Source: Planctomycetota bacterium
Lineage (GTDB): Bacteria > Planctomycetota > GCA-002687715 > CAIWVZ01
Length of the DNA stretch: 64,000 bases
NCBI GenBank assembly: GCA_044222185.1
Contig: JBGANV010000001.1
Span: 448,001 to 512,000 of the forward strand
Direction: 5' to 3'
Every line of letters starts with the position of its first letter. The stretch's first letter is position 1. Shown here in pieces: positions 55,844-64,000 of the stretch. Position numbers and translations under genes: made by a program. The notes under the pieces are model-generated. The model was not told the DNA's origin. It was given only the letters and a program-made list of their open reading frames with translations, and searched no databases.

Positions 55844-55980
55844 CCGTGCGCTTCCATTCAGGTGTCGTGCGCGCCAAGGCGCGCGGCTCGCATTCTACGG
55901 AGCCTTCGCAGAACTTTTCCCCGCGCCGAGCCGTGTGGTAACAGGAGCCATCATCGGTCGTCGGATCGCGGAGGTCATGC

Positions 55981-56490
55981 ATGGCGGGTTACTCGGGAAC
56001 ACCGTTGCCACGAAAGCTCGGGATCAAGGACGGTCATCGCGTCTGGGTCGTTCAGCAACCCACGGGATTTCGAGAGACGCTGGGGACGCTCCCCTCGGAG
56101 GCCTCTGTCGCCACGACGGCCGCCGGATCCGATCCGGTCGACGTCATCCTGCTCTTCGTTCGCGAGGCCCGGGACCTGGTGGCTCGTCTGCCCGGATGCC
56201 GTGCCCGCCTGGCCGACGATGGCGGGCTGTGGATCTGCTGGCCGAAGAAGGCGTCCGGCGTTCGCACGGACGTGACGGATTCCGTCGTTCGCGCGGCTGG
56301 GCTGGCCACGGGGCTCGTGGACAACAAGGTCTGCGCCGTCGACGACACCTGGTCCGGGCTGCGCTTCGTGGTCCGGCTCGCCGACCGCGGAAAGGGAAAC
56401 GTCCAGGCCGCGAGGGTCAGGTCCCGAGCAGTTCCTTCAGGATCTCGGCCACGAGCGAGGGATTCGCGCGGCCCTTCGTCTCGCGCATGA
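55981..56490 (+). CDS. DUF3052-family protein
   Basis: MAGYSGTPL..KLGIK, W..WPKKASG..TD, GLVD.KVCAVD..WSGL.FV.R; GGAGG SD. Confidence 0.88.
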   Translation: MAGYSGTPLPRKLGIKDGHRVWVVQQPTGFRETLGTLPSEASVATTAAGSDPVDVILLFVREARDLVARLPGCRARLADDGGLWICWPKKASGVRTDVTDSVVRAAGLATGLVDNKVCAVDDTWSGLRFVVRLADRGKGNVQAARVRSRAVPSGSRPRARDSRGPSSRA

Positions 56491-57850
56491 CGAAACCGAC
56501 GATGGCTCCAGCAGCCTGGGCTTTCCCCGCCGCGAGATCGGCGCGCGCCTTCGGGTTGGCATCGATCGCCCGCCGCACGACGGCGACCAGGCCCGCGCGG
56601 TCGGACAGTTGTGCGAGTCCCAGCTCCGACACCACCTGGCGCGCCGGGCGTGGATCTCGGTTCACCTCCACGAGGACGTCTCGCGCGGACCGCACGTTCA
56701 GCGTTCCGTCCTTCACCAGCCCGATGATCTCCGCGAGGGCTTCGGGACGGACGCCGAGTTCATCGATCGCGATTCCGCCCTTCATCAACCCGAACAGCTC
56801 CGTCGTCACCCAGTTCGCGGCCGCCTTGGCATCTTTGGTGAGTGCCGCCGTGTGCTCGAAGTACCGGCAGACGTCCGGGTCGGCGATGAGCACGCCCGCG
56901 TCGTAGGGCGTCAATCCGAGCTTCGTCGTGTAGCGGTCGAGCCTCGCCTGCGGGAGTTCGGGCATGGCCTCATGCACCGCGTCGATCCACGCGTCATCGA
57001 TGGTGAAGGGCGGCAGGTCGGGATCGGGGAAGTAGCGGTAGTCAGGCGCCGTCTCCTTCTTTCGCATGCTCCGCGAGCGTGTTCGATCGTCGTCCCACGA
57101 GCGGGTCTCGGGCTCCACGGCGCCGCCGGCTTGGAGGATCTCCGCCTGTCGTGACGCCTCGTTCTCGATGGCGCGCTGCACTGCCTTGAAGGAGTTGAGA
57201 TTCTTGAGCTCGACCCGCGTTCCGAAGGACGTCGTGCCCCGGCGGCGAAGCGACACGTTGACGTCGCACCGGAGCGAGCCCTTCTCCATGTCGCAGTCGG
57301 AGACTTCGATCGACTTGAGCAACTGCTTCAACGCCACGAGATACGCGTAGGCCTCGTCCGCACTGCGAATGTCGGGAGCGGACACGATCTCGAGGAGCGG
57401 CACCCCGCAGCGGTTCAGGTCGATCCGCGAGAATGCATCACCTTCGGCGTGGATCCCCTTGCCCGCGTCCTCTTCCAGGTGCGCTCGCGGGATCCTGATG
57501 ATCCGATCCGCGAAGCCCGGGAGCGCGAGCGAGCCGTTGGAGACGACGGGGAGGTCCGTCTGCGAGATCTGATAGCCCTTGGGGAGATCGGGGTAGAAGT
57601 ACTGTTTGCGGTCGAAGCGCGTCCGGCTGGCGATCGATCCTCCGAGTGCCAGGCCCACACGGATCGCCAGTTCGATGGCGCGGCGATTCGGTACGGGCAG
57701 TGCTCCGGGAAGGCCCATGCACACGGGGCAGACGAGAGTGTTCGGTGGTTCCCCGAAGCGCGCGCGGCACGCGCAGAACATCTTGGAGTCGGTACGGAGT
57801 TGGACGTGGACCTCCAACCCGACGACGACCTCGAACTCCGCGGCGCTCAC
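56417..57850 (-). CDS. gatB: Asp/Glu-tRNA(Asn/Gln) amidotransferase subunit B
   Basis: VGLEVH, YFYPDLPKGYQISQ, HLEEDAGK, LRCDVNVS, DYRYFPDPDL; GTG start overlapping the gatA stop. Confidence 0.97.
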   Translation of the reverse strand: MSAAEFEVVVGLEVHVQLRTDSKMFCACRARFGEPPNTLVCPVCMGLPGALPVPNRRAIELAIRVGLALGGSIASRTRFDRKQYFYPDLPKGYQISQTDLPVVSNGSLALPGFADRIIRIPRAHLEEDAGKGIHAEGDAFSRIDLNRCGVPLLEIVSAPDIRSADEAYAYLVALKQLLKSIEVSDCDMEKGSLRCDVNVSLRRRGTTSFGTRVELKNLNSFKAVQRAIENEASRQAEILQAGGAVEPETRSWDDDRTRSRSMRKKETAPDYRYFPDPDLPPFTIDDAWIDAVHEAMPELPQARLDRYTTKLGLTPYDAGVLIADPDVCRYFEHTAALTKDAKAAANWVTTELFGLMKGGIAIDELGVRPEALAEIIGLVKDGTLNVRSARDVLVEVNRDPRPARQVVSELGLAQLSDRAGLVAVVRRAIDANPKARADLAAGKAQAAGAIVGFVMRETKGRANPSLVAEILKELLGT

Positions 57851-59328
57851 GAGCGTGGCTCCGTGACGCCTGGCATCCGGCCGGCAAGCCCCAGTGCGTC
57901 CTCGATCACCTGGCCCGCGCGGAAGAGGGCGGCCTCGGCGAAGGCCGGCCCGACGAGCTGCGCGCCCACGGGGAGATCGGCGTCCATCTCGCGAACGAAA
58001 CCGCAGGGGACGGCCAGGCCCGGCAACCCCGCGAGGTTGCACGCGACCGTGAGAACGTCGCTCGCGTACATCGTCACCGGGTCCGACGTGCGCTCGCCCA
58101 GCCTGAACGCGGGGGTCGGAGTCGTCGGCATGAGGATCAGATCACACGCCGCGAAGGCCGCCTCGAAGTCGCCACGGACGAGCGCGCGCGCCCGCTGCGC
58201 CGCGCCGTAGTAGGCGTCGTGGTAGCCGGCCGAGAGGCACCAGGTCCCGAGCAGGATGCGGCGCCTGACCTCGGGCCCCAGGCCTTCGCCTCGCGAGTTT
58301 CGCATGAGCGATTCGACGTCGGTGGCGTGGTCGGACCGGTGGCCGAACCGGATTCCATCGAAGCGCGCGAGGTTCGACGACGCCTCGGCGGTGGCGAGGA
58401 TGTAGTAGGCCGCGATCGCAGCATCGCTGTTGGGAAGGGACACGTCGACGATCGACGCCCCCGCCGATTCGAGGCTCCGAGCGCACGCGAGGATGAGTTC
58501 GCGGATCCGTCCGTCGACGGCGTGCGTCATGGCCTCCATGGGGATTCCGACACGCTGGCCTTGCACTCCGTGTGTCAACGTCGCGAGACAGTCCTCGACC
58601 GGAAGCCTCGAGCAGGTCGCATCGGCGTCGTCGGCACCGGCGATCGCTTGGAACAGGAGGGCCGCGTCGCCAACTCGTCGAGCGAGCGGGCCGATCTGGT
58701 CGAGGGACGATGCGAACGCAACGAGGCCGCTCCGGCTCACGCGGCCGAAGGTCGGTTTGAGTCCGACGACGCCGCAATGAGCGGCAGGCTGCCGGATCGA
58801 TCCTCCGGTATCACTCCCGAGTGCTGCGTGAGCGATCCCCGTCGCCACGGCGACGGCCGAACCGCCGCTCGACCCACCCGGCGTTCGATCCGGCGCCCAG
58901 GGGTTGCGGGTCGGGAAGAACGCGGAGTTCTCCGTGGACGATCCCATGCCGAACTCGTCCAGGTTCGTCTTGCCGAGTACGACCGCACCGGCCGCTTCGA
59001 GACGCGTCACGGCCGTCGCGTCGACGGGCGGCAGGTACGTGCGCAGCATGCGCGAACCGCACGTGGTCGGGAGCCCCTGCACGCAGATGTTGTCCTTCAC
59101 CGCCACCATGAGCCCCGCGAGCGGCGGACGCTCGCCGGACCGAAGCCGCGCGTCGACCAGGTCGGCACGGCGACGGACGTCGTCGGCGACGTGCGTGATG
59201 AAGACCCCGAGCCGTTCACCGAGTTCCGCGGCGCGCGCCACCGCCGCCTCCGCGAGGTCCCGGGCGCGCAGGCGGCCGGCATGCACCTCGGCGACGATCG
59301 ACCTCGCGGCGTCCGCGTGGTTGCTCAT
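57847..59328 (-). CDS. gatA: Asp/Glu-tRNA(Asn/Gln) amidotransferase subunit A
   Basis: Amidase signature KDN, GGSSGGS, GSDTGGSIRQPA; ASSNLARFDGIR.G. Confidence 0.97.
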   Translation of the reverse strand: MSNHADAARSIVAEVHAGRLRARDLAEAAVARAAELGERLGVFITHVADDVRRRADLVDARLRSGERPPLAGLMVAVKDNICVQGLPTTCGSRMLRTYLPPVDATAVTRLEAAGAVVLGKTNLDEFGMGSSTENSAFFPTRNPWAPDRTPGGSSGGSAVAVATGIAHAALGSDTGGSIRQPAAHCGVVGLKPTFGRVSRSGLVAFASSLDQIGPLARRVGDAALLFQAIAGADDADATCSRLPVEDCLATLTHGVQGQRVGIPMEAMTHAVDGRIRELILACARSLESAGASIVDVSLPNSDAAIAAYYILATAEASSNLARFDGIRFGHRSDHATDVESLMRNSRGEGLGPEVRRRILLGTWCLSAGYHDAYYGAAQRARALVRGDFEAAFAACDLILMPTTPTPAFRLGERTSDPVTMYASDVLTVACNLAGLPGLAVPCGFVREMDADLPVGAQLVGPAFAEAALFRAGQVIEDALGLAGRMPGVTEPRS

Positions 59329-59615
59329 GGGTCGGCGATCACCCGCGGCACCCGGAAGAACCCATCGATCGTCGACGGCGCGTTTCGAAGCGCGTCACCG
59401 CCCTCGAGTCCATGACGGGGCACGTCCTCTCGGAGCGCGTCCGACCCCTGGGCGGGAAGTTCGGCACTCGCCGCCGCCGCGCTGTGGAGACCGCGGACCC
59501 GCTCGACGAATGCCACGATGCATGTCATCTCGTTCGCGAGCTGCTCCTCCTCGTCTGGACGGACGGCAAGCCGGGCCAACGCGGCAGTCCGCTGGATCTG
59601 ATCCCTATCCATCAT
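59325..59615 (-). CDS. gatC: Asp/Glu-tRNA(Asn/Gln) amidotransferase subunit C
   Basis: A.LARL, LRED, L.NAP....GFF.VPRVI; first gene of gatCAB. Confidence 0.93.
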   Translation of the reverse strand: MMDRDQIQRTAALARLAVRPDEEEQLANEMTCIVAFVERVRGLHSAAAASAELPAQGSDALREDVPRHGLEGGDALRNAPSTIDGFFRVPRVIADP

Positions 59616-59933
59616 CCCAAACTCTTTCGAGCCAAGTTCTTATGAGGCGGGTGCGACATCGTCGGCCGTCGTTTGGCGGGGAAGCGAAGACATCGGCGAA
59701 CGTGCCCGGTCCTTGCCGATCGCCGTCGGCACGAGGCGGCGGAGCGGATCGTAGGCCGGTGGCCTGAAGGCGGCAACGCGCGACCATCCACGCAGCGAAA
59801 GATTGTTGAGAACTCCATCGTCCCCGTTGACAGCGACGACGCGACCCGCAAACATGAACCCCAGCGGTTGGAAGCTGTCGTCCCAATTCCGGACGCCTGT
59901 CGGAGCCGCAGGGATCCTGGGGGAAAGCCTCGC

Positions 59934-60524
59934 ATGGTCGAGTTCGACTTCGACTTCCTGACGCGGACGCTCGGGATGGTTGGCCTGTTCTTCATCTGCT
60001 GCGCGATCATCCAGAACAAGCCCAAGCACATCCTCGAGGAGCAGTTCGGCGTTTACACCGGGGGCCTTCGCAGCCTCAAGGGCTCCGTCTTCAAGAAGAA
60101 CCAGCTCGTGCTGGGATTCTCCTGCGTGTTGCTGGGCCTGATCCTCGATCAGTTCAGCGTCGTCCTTGCGCGAAGCGACGGTCGCGGGGTGCTCAACAAC
60201 GCATCGCCGCTCACCCTCGTGCTGGTCTGGCTCATGCTCGTCGTCGTGCTGTGCGCGGTGATGAACTACTTCTGCCGCCGATGGAGCAAGTGGCACTTCC
60301 GCCAGATCATCACGGAGGTGATCACCGAGCACCGCTGGCCGTTCGAGCAGAACATGGCCCTGACGATCGAGATCGGACACCTCCTGGGCGTCGACCGACA
60401 GGACGACGACACCGTCGAGCGCTACGTCAATCGCCTGCGGGCCCACCTGGAGCTTCCGCCGCTCGAGGAAAAACGGTCCCGGACACCCACCCGCTCCCAG
60501 CGCCTCGGATTGAACTTCAAGTGA
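59934..60524 (+). CDS. Hypothetical membrane protein (3 TMs, soluble C-terminus)
   Basis: Strong host-like codon bias from ATG 59934; three hydrophobic segments; no family recognised. Confidence 0.7.
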   Translation: MVEFDFDFLTRTLGMVGLFFICCAIIQNKPKHILEEQFGVYTGGLRSLKGSVFKKNQLVLGFSCVLLGLILDQFSVVLARSDGRGVLNNASPLTLVLVWLMLVVVLCAVMNYFCRRWSKWHFRQIITEVITEHRWPFEQNMALTIEIGHLLGVDRQDDDTVERYVNRLRAHLELPPLEEKRSRTPTRSQRLGLNFK

Positions 60525-60617
60525 CGTGAGCGCTCGTCGAAACGGACGCCGCACGCGGCGTCCGTGTTTCGGACACGACCGTGCGGGAGGCTCGCGAGGC
60601 GCGTCTCCCTTTGCGGG

Positions 60618-61370
60618 ATGTCATCCGAGAGCTGGCTCGAGTCCATCGTCCGATTCGTCTACGCGCCGGCGTGTCCAGGTTGCAGCGTGCCGTCGGACTC
60701 CGACGGGTTTTGCATCGATTGCGAGCGCCGGCTCCCGCGTTGGCGTGGCCCGATCGAGGTGGAGGGGTGCGATGCGGTCGTCGGTGCTTGCCGCTTCTCC
60801 GACCTTGCCCGGGACCTGGTCCACCGGCTGAAGTATGGCCGGGACACGCACCCGGGACCGGCCATGGCCGACCTCCTGGCGGGCGTCTGCGCGGACGACC
60901 CCCGCTTGGGCGTGGTGGATGCGGTGGTCCCGGTGCCCTTATCCCGGCGGCGCCTGCTGACACGAGGTTTCAACCAGGCTCAGTTTCTTGCTGACGGGGT
61001 CGCGTCCCGGCTGGTTTGCGCCAATCTCCCGCGGCTTCTCCGTCGCATCCGGCACTCGAGACCGCAGGCCGGGCTCCCGCGGGACGTTCGGCTGGCGAAC
61101 CTGGAAGGCACGTTCCTCGGGGCGCCCGCATCGTGGCTTCGCGCCGTGCTGGTCGTCGATGACGTCATGACGACCGGAAGCACCCTCCGAGAGGCGGCGC
61201 GTGCGTTGAAAGCCGCCGGGGCGCGAAGGGTTTTCGGCGCGGCGTTCGCCATAGCTGACCTGACGGCGGACCGGGGTTACGCTCTCCCTGAGGACGTGGC
61301 GCCCGCCGATCGACCCCGGGGCGGACGCGACGCGTTGCCGTGCCCGACAAAAGGAACCCTCACACCATGA
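60618..61370 (+). CDS. comF: ComF-family phosphoribosyltransferase-like protein
   Basis: CPGC..FCIDC zinc ribbon, LKY, VPVPL...R...RGFNQA, LVVDDVMTTGST. Confidence 0.9.
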   Translation: MSSESWLESIVRFVYAPACPGCSVPSDSDGFCIDCERRLPRWRGPIEVEGCDAVVGACRFSDLARDLVHRLKYGRDTHPGPAMADLLAGVCADDPRLGVVDAVVPVPLSRRRLLTRGFNQAQFLADGVASRLVCANLPRLLRRIRHSRPQAGLPRDVRLANLEGTFLGAPASWLRAVLVVDDVMTTGSTLREAARALKAAGARRVFGAAFAIADLTADRGYALPEDVAPADRPRGGRDALPCPTKGTLTP

Positions 61371-63673
61371 CCCGAAGAGCTTCCATCTTCGCGTCCGTCG
61401 TCGTCTGTCTCGTCTGTTCGATGGGCGAACCCACCCCCGCGCAAGTCGTCCTCCGGGGCCCCTACATCCAGCGGCCCGCGCCCACGGAGATGACCATCTG
61501 CTGGCGGACGGACGTCCCTACCGATGCGCGCGTCGACCTCGGCGGAACGCCGGCCCTGCTCACGCAGGCCATCGTCGACCCCACGCTCCGGACCGACCAC
61601 GCGGTCCGGATCACCGGGCTCCAGCCGGCGACGCGCTATTTCTACGCGTTCGGGACGAGCGCCGTGTCGTTGGGCGGGGGTACGCCGGACCACACGTTCC
61701 GCACGAGCCCGCCTGCCGGCCGAAGGTCACCATTCCGCGTCTGGGTGACGGGGGACACGGGATTCGGGTCGCAGGTCCAACGCGACGTGCGCGACGCGTT
61801 CGCCAGGTTCAATGGTGGACATGCGCTGGACCTGTGGCTCATGCTCGGTGACAACGCCTACCTGAACGGCACCGACGCCCAGTACCAGACCGGCCTGTTC
61901 CAGAACATGTACGAAGCGACGCTCCGCAACACGCCGCTCGTCCCGACCATCGGCAATCACGACGCCCAGAGCGCCAACTCCTCCACGCAGACCGGGCCCT
62001 ACTACGACATCTTCACGCTATTCGCGAACGGCGAGGCTGGTGGTGTGCCCTCCGGCACCGAGGCCTACTACTCCTACGACTTCGCGAACGCCCACTTCGT
62101 GTGCCTCGACTCCGCCAACTCGAGCCCCGCGGTCGGGAGCCCCATGCTCACCTGGCTGCAGGCCGATCTCGCCGCGACGACCCGGGAATGGGTCATCGCA
62201 TACTGGCACCACCCGCCCTACACGAAGGGTTCGCACGACTCGGACGTCGAGTATCCCCTGACCGCCATGCGCCAGAACGTGGTCCCGATTCTCGAGGCGT
62301 ACGGCGTCGACCTGGTGCTCTGCGGGCACAGTCACAACTACGAGCGGTCACATCTCCTCGACGGCCACTACGGCGATTCGACGACGTTCGGGCCGCAGCA
62401 CATCGTACAGGGCGGGGCGGGGCAGATCGGGAACGGCGGGGCCTACACCAAGCCGACCGTGAACCGCCTCGCACACCAGGGAACCGTCTACGCCGTGGTC
62501 GGATGCTCTGGGACCGTCGTGACGAGTTCGCCGCTGAACCATCCGGCCATGGTGAACAGCCTCGCTGTGATGGGGTCCGCGGCCCTGGACATCAACGGAG
62601 ACCAACTCGACCTCACGTTCGTCGACATCACGGGGGAGGTGCGGGACGTCGTGACTCTCGTGAAGGGAGGGGCGACGCCCGTCGACCGCGGTCACGTCCT
62701 GTTCCAGCCGGGATCGGTCTGGCGGTTCGACGATTCGGGCACCGACCTCGGGTCGTCCTGGGCCGCGCCGGCCTATCCTGACGCGAACTGGGCGTCGGGT
62801 CCCGGGGTGTTCGGCTTTGGTGAACCCTACGTCGCCACGCCGGTCAATCCCGGTCCGTCGCCCACCTCCGTGACCCCCACGATCTACTTCCGCAAGACGT
62901 TCGGGCTGCCGATGGCGCCGGCGCTCGTGGACCGCCTGCAGCTCTACGTGGGGTATGACGACGGCTTCGTGGCGTGGCTGAACGGCGTCGAGGTCGCGCG
63001 GTCCCCCTCCATGCCCCCCGGGCCCGCGCTGTTTTCGACCCTCGCGGCTTCGCACGAGGCTCTCACGTACGAGCCATTCGATCTGACCCCGTACCGCAAT
63101 CTCCTGCTTCCGGTGGGGAACGTCCTGGCCGTCGAGGTTCACCAGACCTCCGCCACGAGTTCCGATCTCATCTTCGATGCCGCGCTGCGCGCCGATGCGT
63201 TCGTGCCGTACCTTGGCCCCTGCGCGACCGGGACCATCGTCGATGCCACGGGCTTCGCGACCGACGTCCTCACGGTGAATGGTTCCTCCGGCGGTGCGGG
63301 CCGGAGCGTCGATGCGCCGTCAGCCGGGCCGCTCGTCGTGCGCGTCTCCTCGCCTCCGAACTCGGGTGCGGTTCCGCTCGCCCTCTTTGCCTACCTGGGA
63401 ACCCCCGGTCCAACGGACGAACTTCCGCTCCCGGGCGTCGGCACCGCATGCTTCATGCCAGCGATCCTCGCTCCGGGGACGCCCGGGCTCGTGTTCCTCG
63501 CGGACGGCTTCGGGACCGGCGCACCGGCCCTCTTTACCGCGACACCGACACCCTGGTTCGTCTCGATCGGAGGCGGCGCGCCCGTCGGGTTCCAGGCGAC
63601 CATGCAGGGCGCGGTGCTCCAAGGTGGTCAGTTCAAACTCACGAACGCCGTGCGCATGATCGTCGTGCCTTGA
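61367..63673 (+). CDS. Secreted purple-acid-phosphatase-like metallophosphoesterase with jelly-roll and unknown C-terminal domains
   Basis: Signal peptide; RGPYIQ N-terminal FN3-like domain; GDTG, LGDNAY, GNHD, HHPPY, GHSHNYER; then W...D.G...W...YFRKTF..DDG..AWLNG.EV..N.LAVEVHQ domain. Confidence 0.9.
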   Translation: MTRRASIFASVVVCLVCSMGEPTPAQVVLRGPYIQRPAPTEMTICWRTDVPTDARVDLGGTPALLTQAIVDPTLRTDHAVRITGLQPATRYFYAFGTSAVSLGGGTPDHTFRTSPPAGRRSPFRVWVTGDTGFGSQVQRDVRDAFARFNGGHALDLWLMLGDNAYLNGTDAQYQTGLFQNMYEATLRNTPLVPTIGNHDAQSANSSTQTGPYYDIFTLFANGEAGGVPSGTEAYYSYDFANAHFVCLDSANSSPAVGSPMLTWLQADLAATTREWVIAYWHHPPYTKGSHDSDVEYPLTAMRQNVVPILEAYGVDLVLCGHSHNYERSHLLDGHYGDSTTFGPQHIVQGGAGQIGNGGAYTKPTVNRLAHQGTVYAVVGCSGTVVTSSPLNHPAMVNSLAVMGSAALDINGDQLDLTFVDITGEVRDVVTLVKGGATPVDRGHVLFQPGSVWRFDDSGTDLGSSWAAPAYPDANWASGPGVFGFGEPYVATPVNPGPSPTSVTPTIYFRKTFGLPMAPALVDRLQLYVGYDDGFVAWLNGVEVARSPSMPPGPALFSTLAASHEALTYEPFDLTPYRNLLLPVGNVLAVEVHQTSATSSDLIFDAALRADAFVPYLGPCATGTIVDATGFATDVLTVNGSSGGAGRSVDAPSAGPLVVRVSSPPNSGAVPLALFAYLGTPGPTDELPLPGVGTACFMPAILAPGTPGLVFLADGFGTGAPALFTATPTPWFVSIGGGAPVGFQATMQGAVLQGGQFKLTNAVRMIVVP

Positions 63674-63831
63674 ACCGGACGCAGTCGAGGTCAGGACTCG
63701 TGCGGATGAGCCCGAGACCTTCGACGACGCCGCGTGTTGAACCTCGGTGAGTACCCTGGCTCGAATGGCGACTGGCGTGTATCACGCTGGAAGCGCGAGC
63801 CTCTGGAACGGACTCGCCGAGGAGAAACGGG

Positions 63832-64000
63832 ATGACGGGTGCGAAGCAACGACTGGCCGTGGCGCGGGTAAACAACGCATTTCGTGCCGTTGCAACCGAG
63901 CCGATCGGCGTGGGAGATGTCATCACCACGTTCGAGGGCGTGGTCGTCAAGAAGCCGTCGCGATACTCGATCCAACTCGGAGAGAGCGACCACCTTTCCG
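63832..64000 (+). CDS. Partial (3'-truncated by window edge) probable SET-domain protein
   Basis: GAGGAG SD then MTGAKQRLAVARVNNAFRAVATEPIGVGDVITTFEGVVVKKPSRYSIQLGESDHLS..., resembling the N-terminal A...I..G..I..F.G pattern of bacterial SET proteins; absent from the ORF track. Confidence 0.55.
   Translation, partial: MTGAKQRLAVARVNNAFRAVATEPIGVGDVITTFEGVVVKKPSRYSIQLGESDHLS

Noticed and set aside
61260-61370. Functional comF-phosphatase translational coupling (ATGA overlap) as a DNA-scavenging operon
   Set aside because: The ComF tail past its conserved end looks like read-through of intergenic DNA and contains a -10-like TACGCT, so the overlap is probably incidental.
1-64000. CRISPR arrays, IS elements, prophage, rRNA or long tandem repeats
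   Set aside because: None seen by eye: no regularly spaced direct repeats and no transposase, integrase or phage structural motifs in any frame.

Overview
GC-rich bacterial chromosomal segment, most likely from an uncultured Planctomycetota lineage. This is an inference from the gene mix: DUF1080, DUF1579, a DUF1570-like protein, carboxypeptidase-regulatory-like repeat proteins, HEAT and FG-GAP proteins, tandem nfeD-nfeD-floA and a two-Cys L33. The window is gene-dense core genome; I see no integrase, transposase, prophage, rRNA or CRISPR array. Housekeeping genes: prs, lgt, polA, lolE/D-like, rpmG, tRNA-Ala(GGC), guaB-guaA, gatCAB, comF. Other loci: a ~1830-aa Ser/Thr kinase-ATPase-TPR-GAF-His kinase-receiver hybrid, a flotillin (FloA/NfeD) operon, a BtuFCD/FecBCD-type ABC importer, a glycogen locus, and a DUF58/vWA operon with no MoxR. 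The most interesting observations are: (1) a glycogen synthase fused to a DUF4912-like domain and coupled to a GH57 branching enzyme, with a peptide-ligase pair (circularly permuted ATP-grasp + YbdK) inserted between glgA and glgC; (2) a ~380-nt multi-hairpin intergenic element with a near-pure pyrimidine/purine loop and nine GGA motifs; (3) a secreted gluzincin-like protein lacking its catalytic Glu; (4) a candidate lineage-specific C-terminal sorting domain; (5) repeated leaderless-type promoter architecture. All calls come from reading motifs by eye; no database search was run. Many start codons were moved downstream of those in the supplied ORF track.
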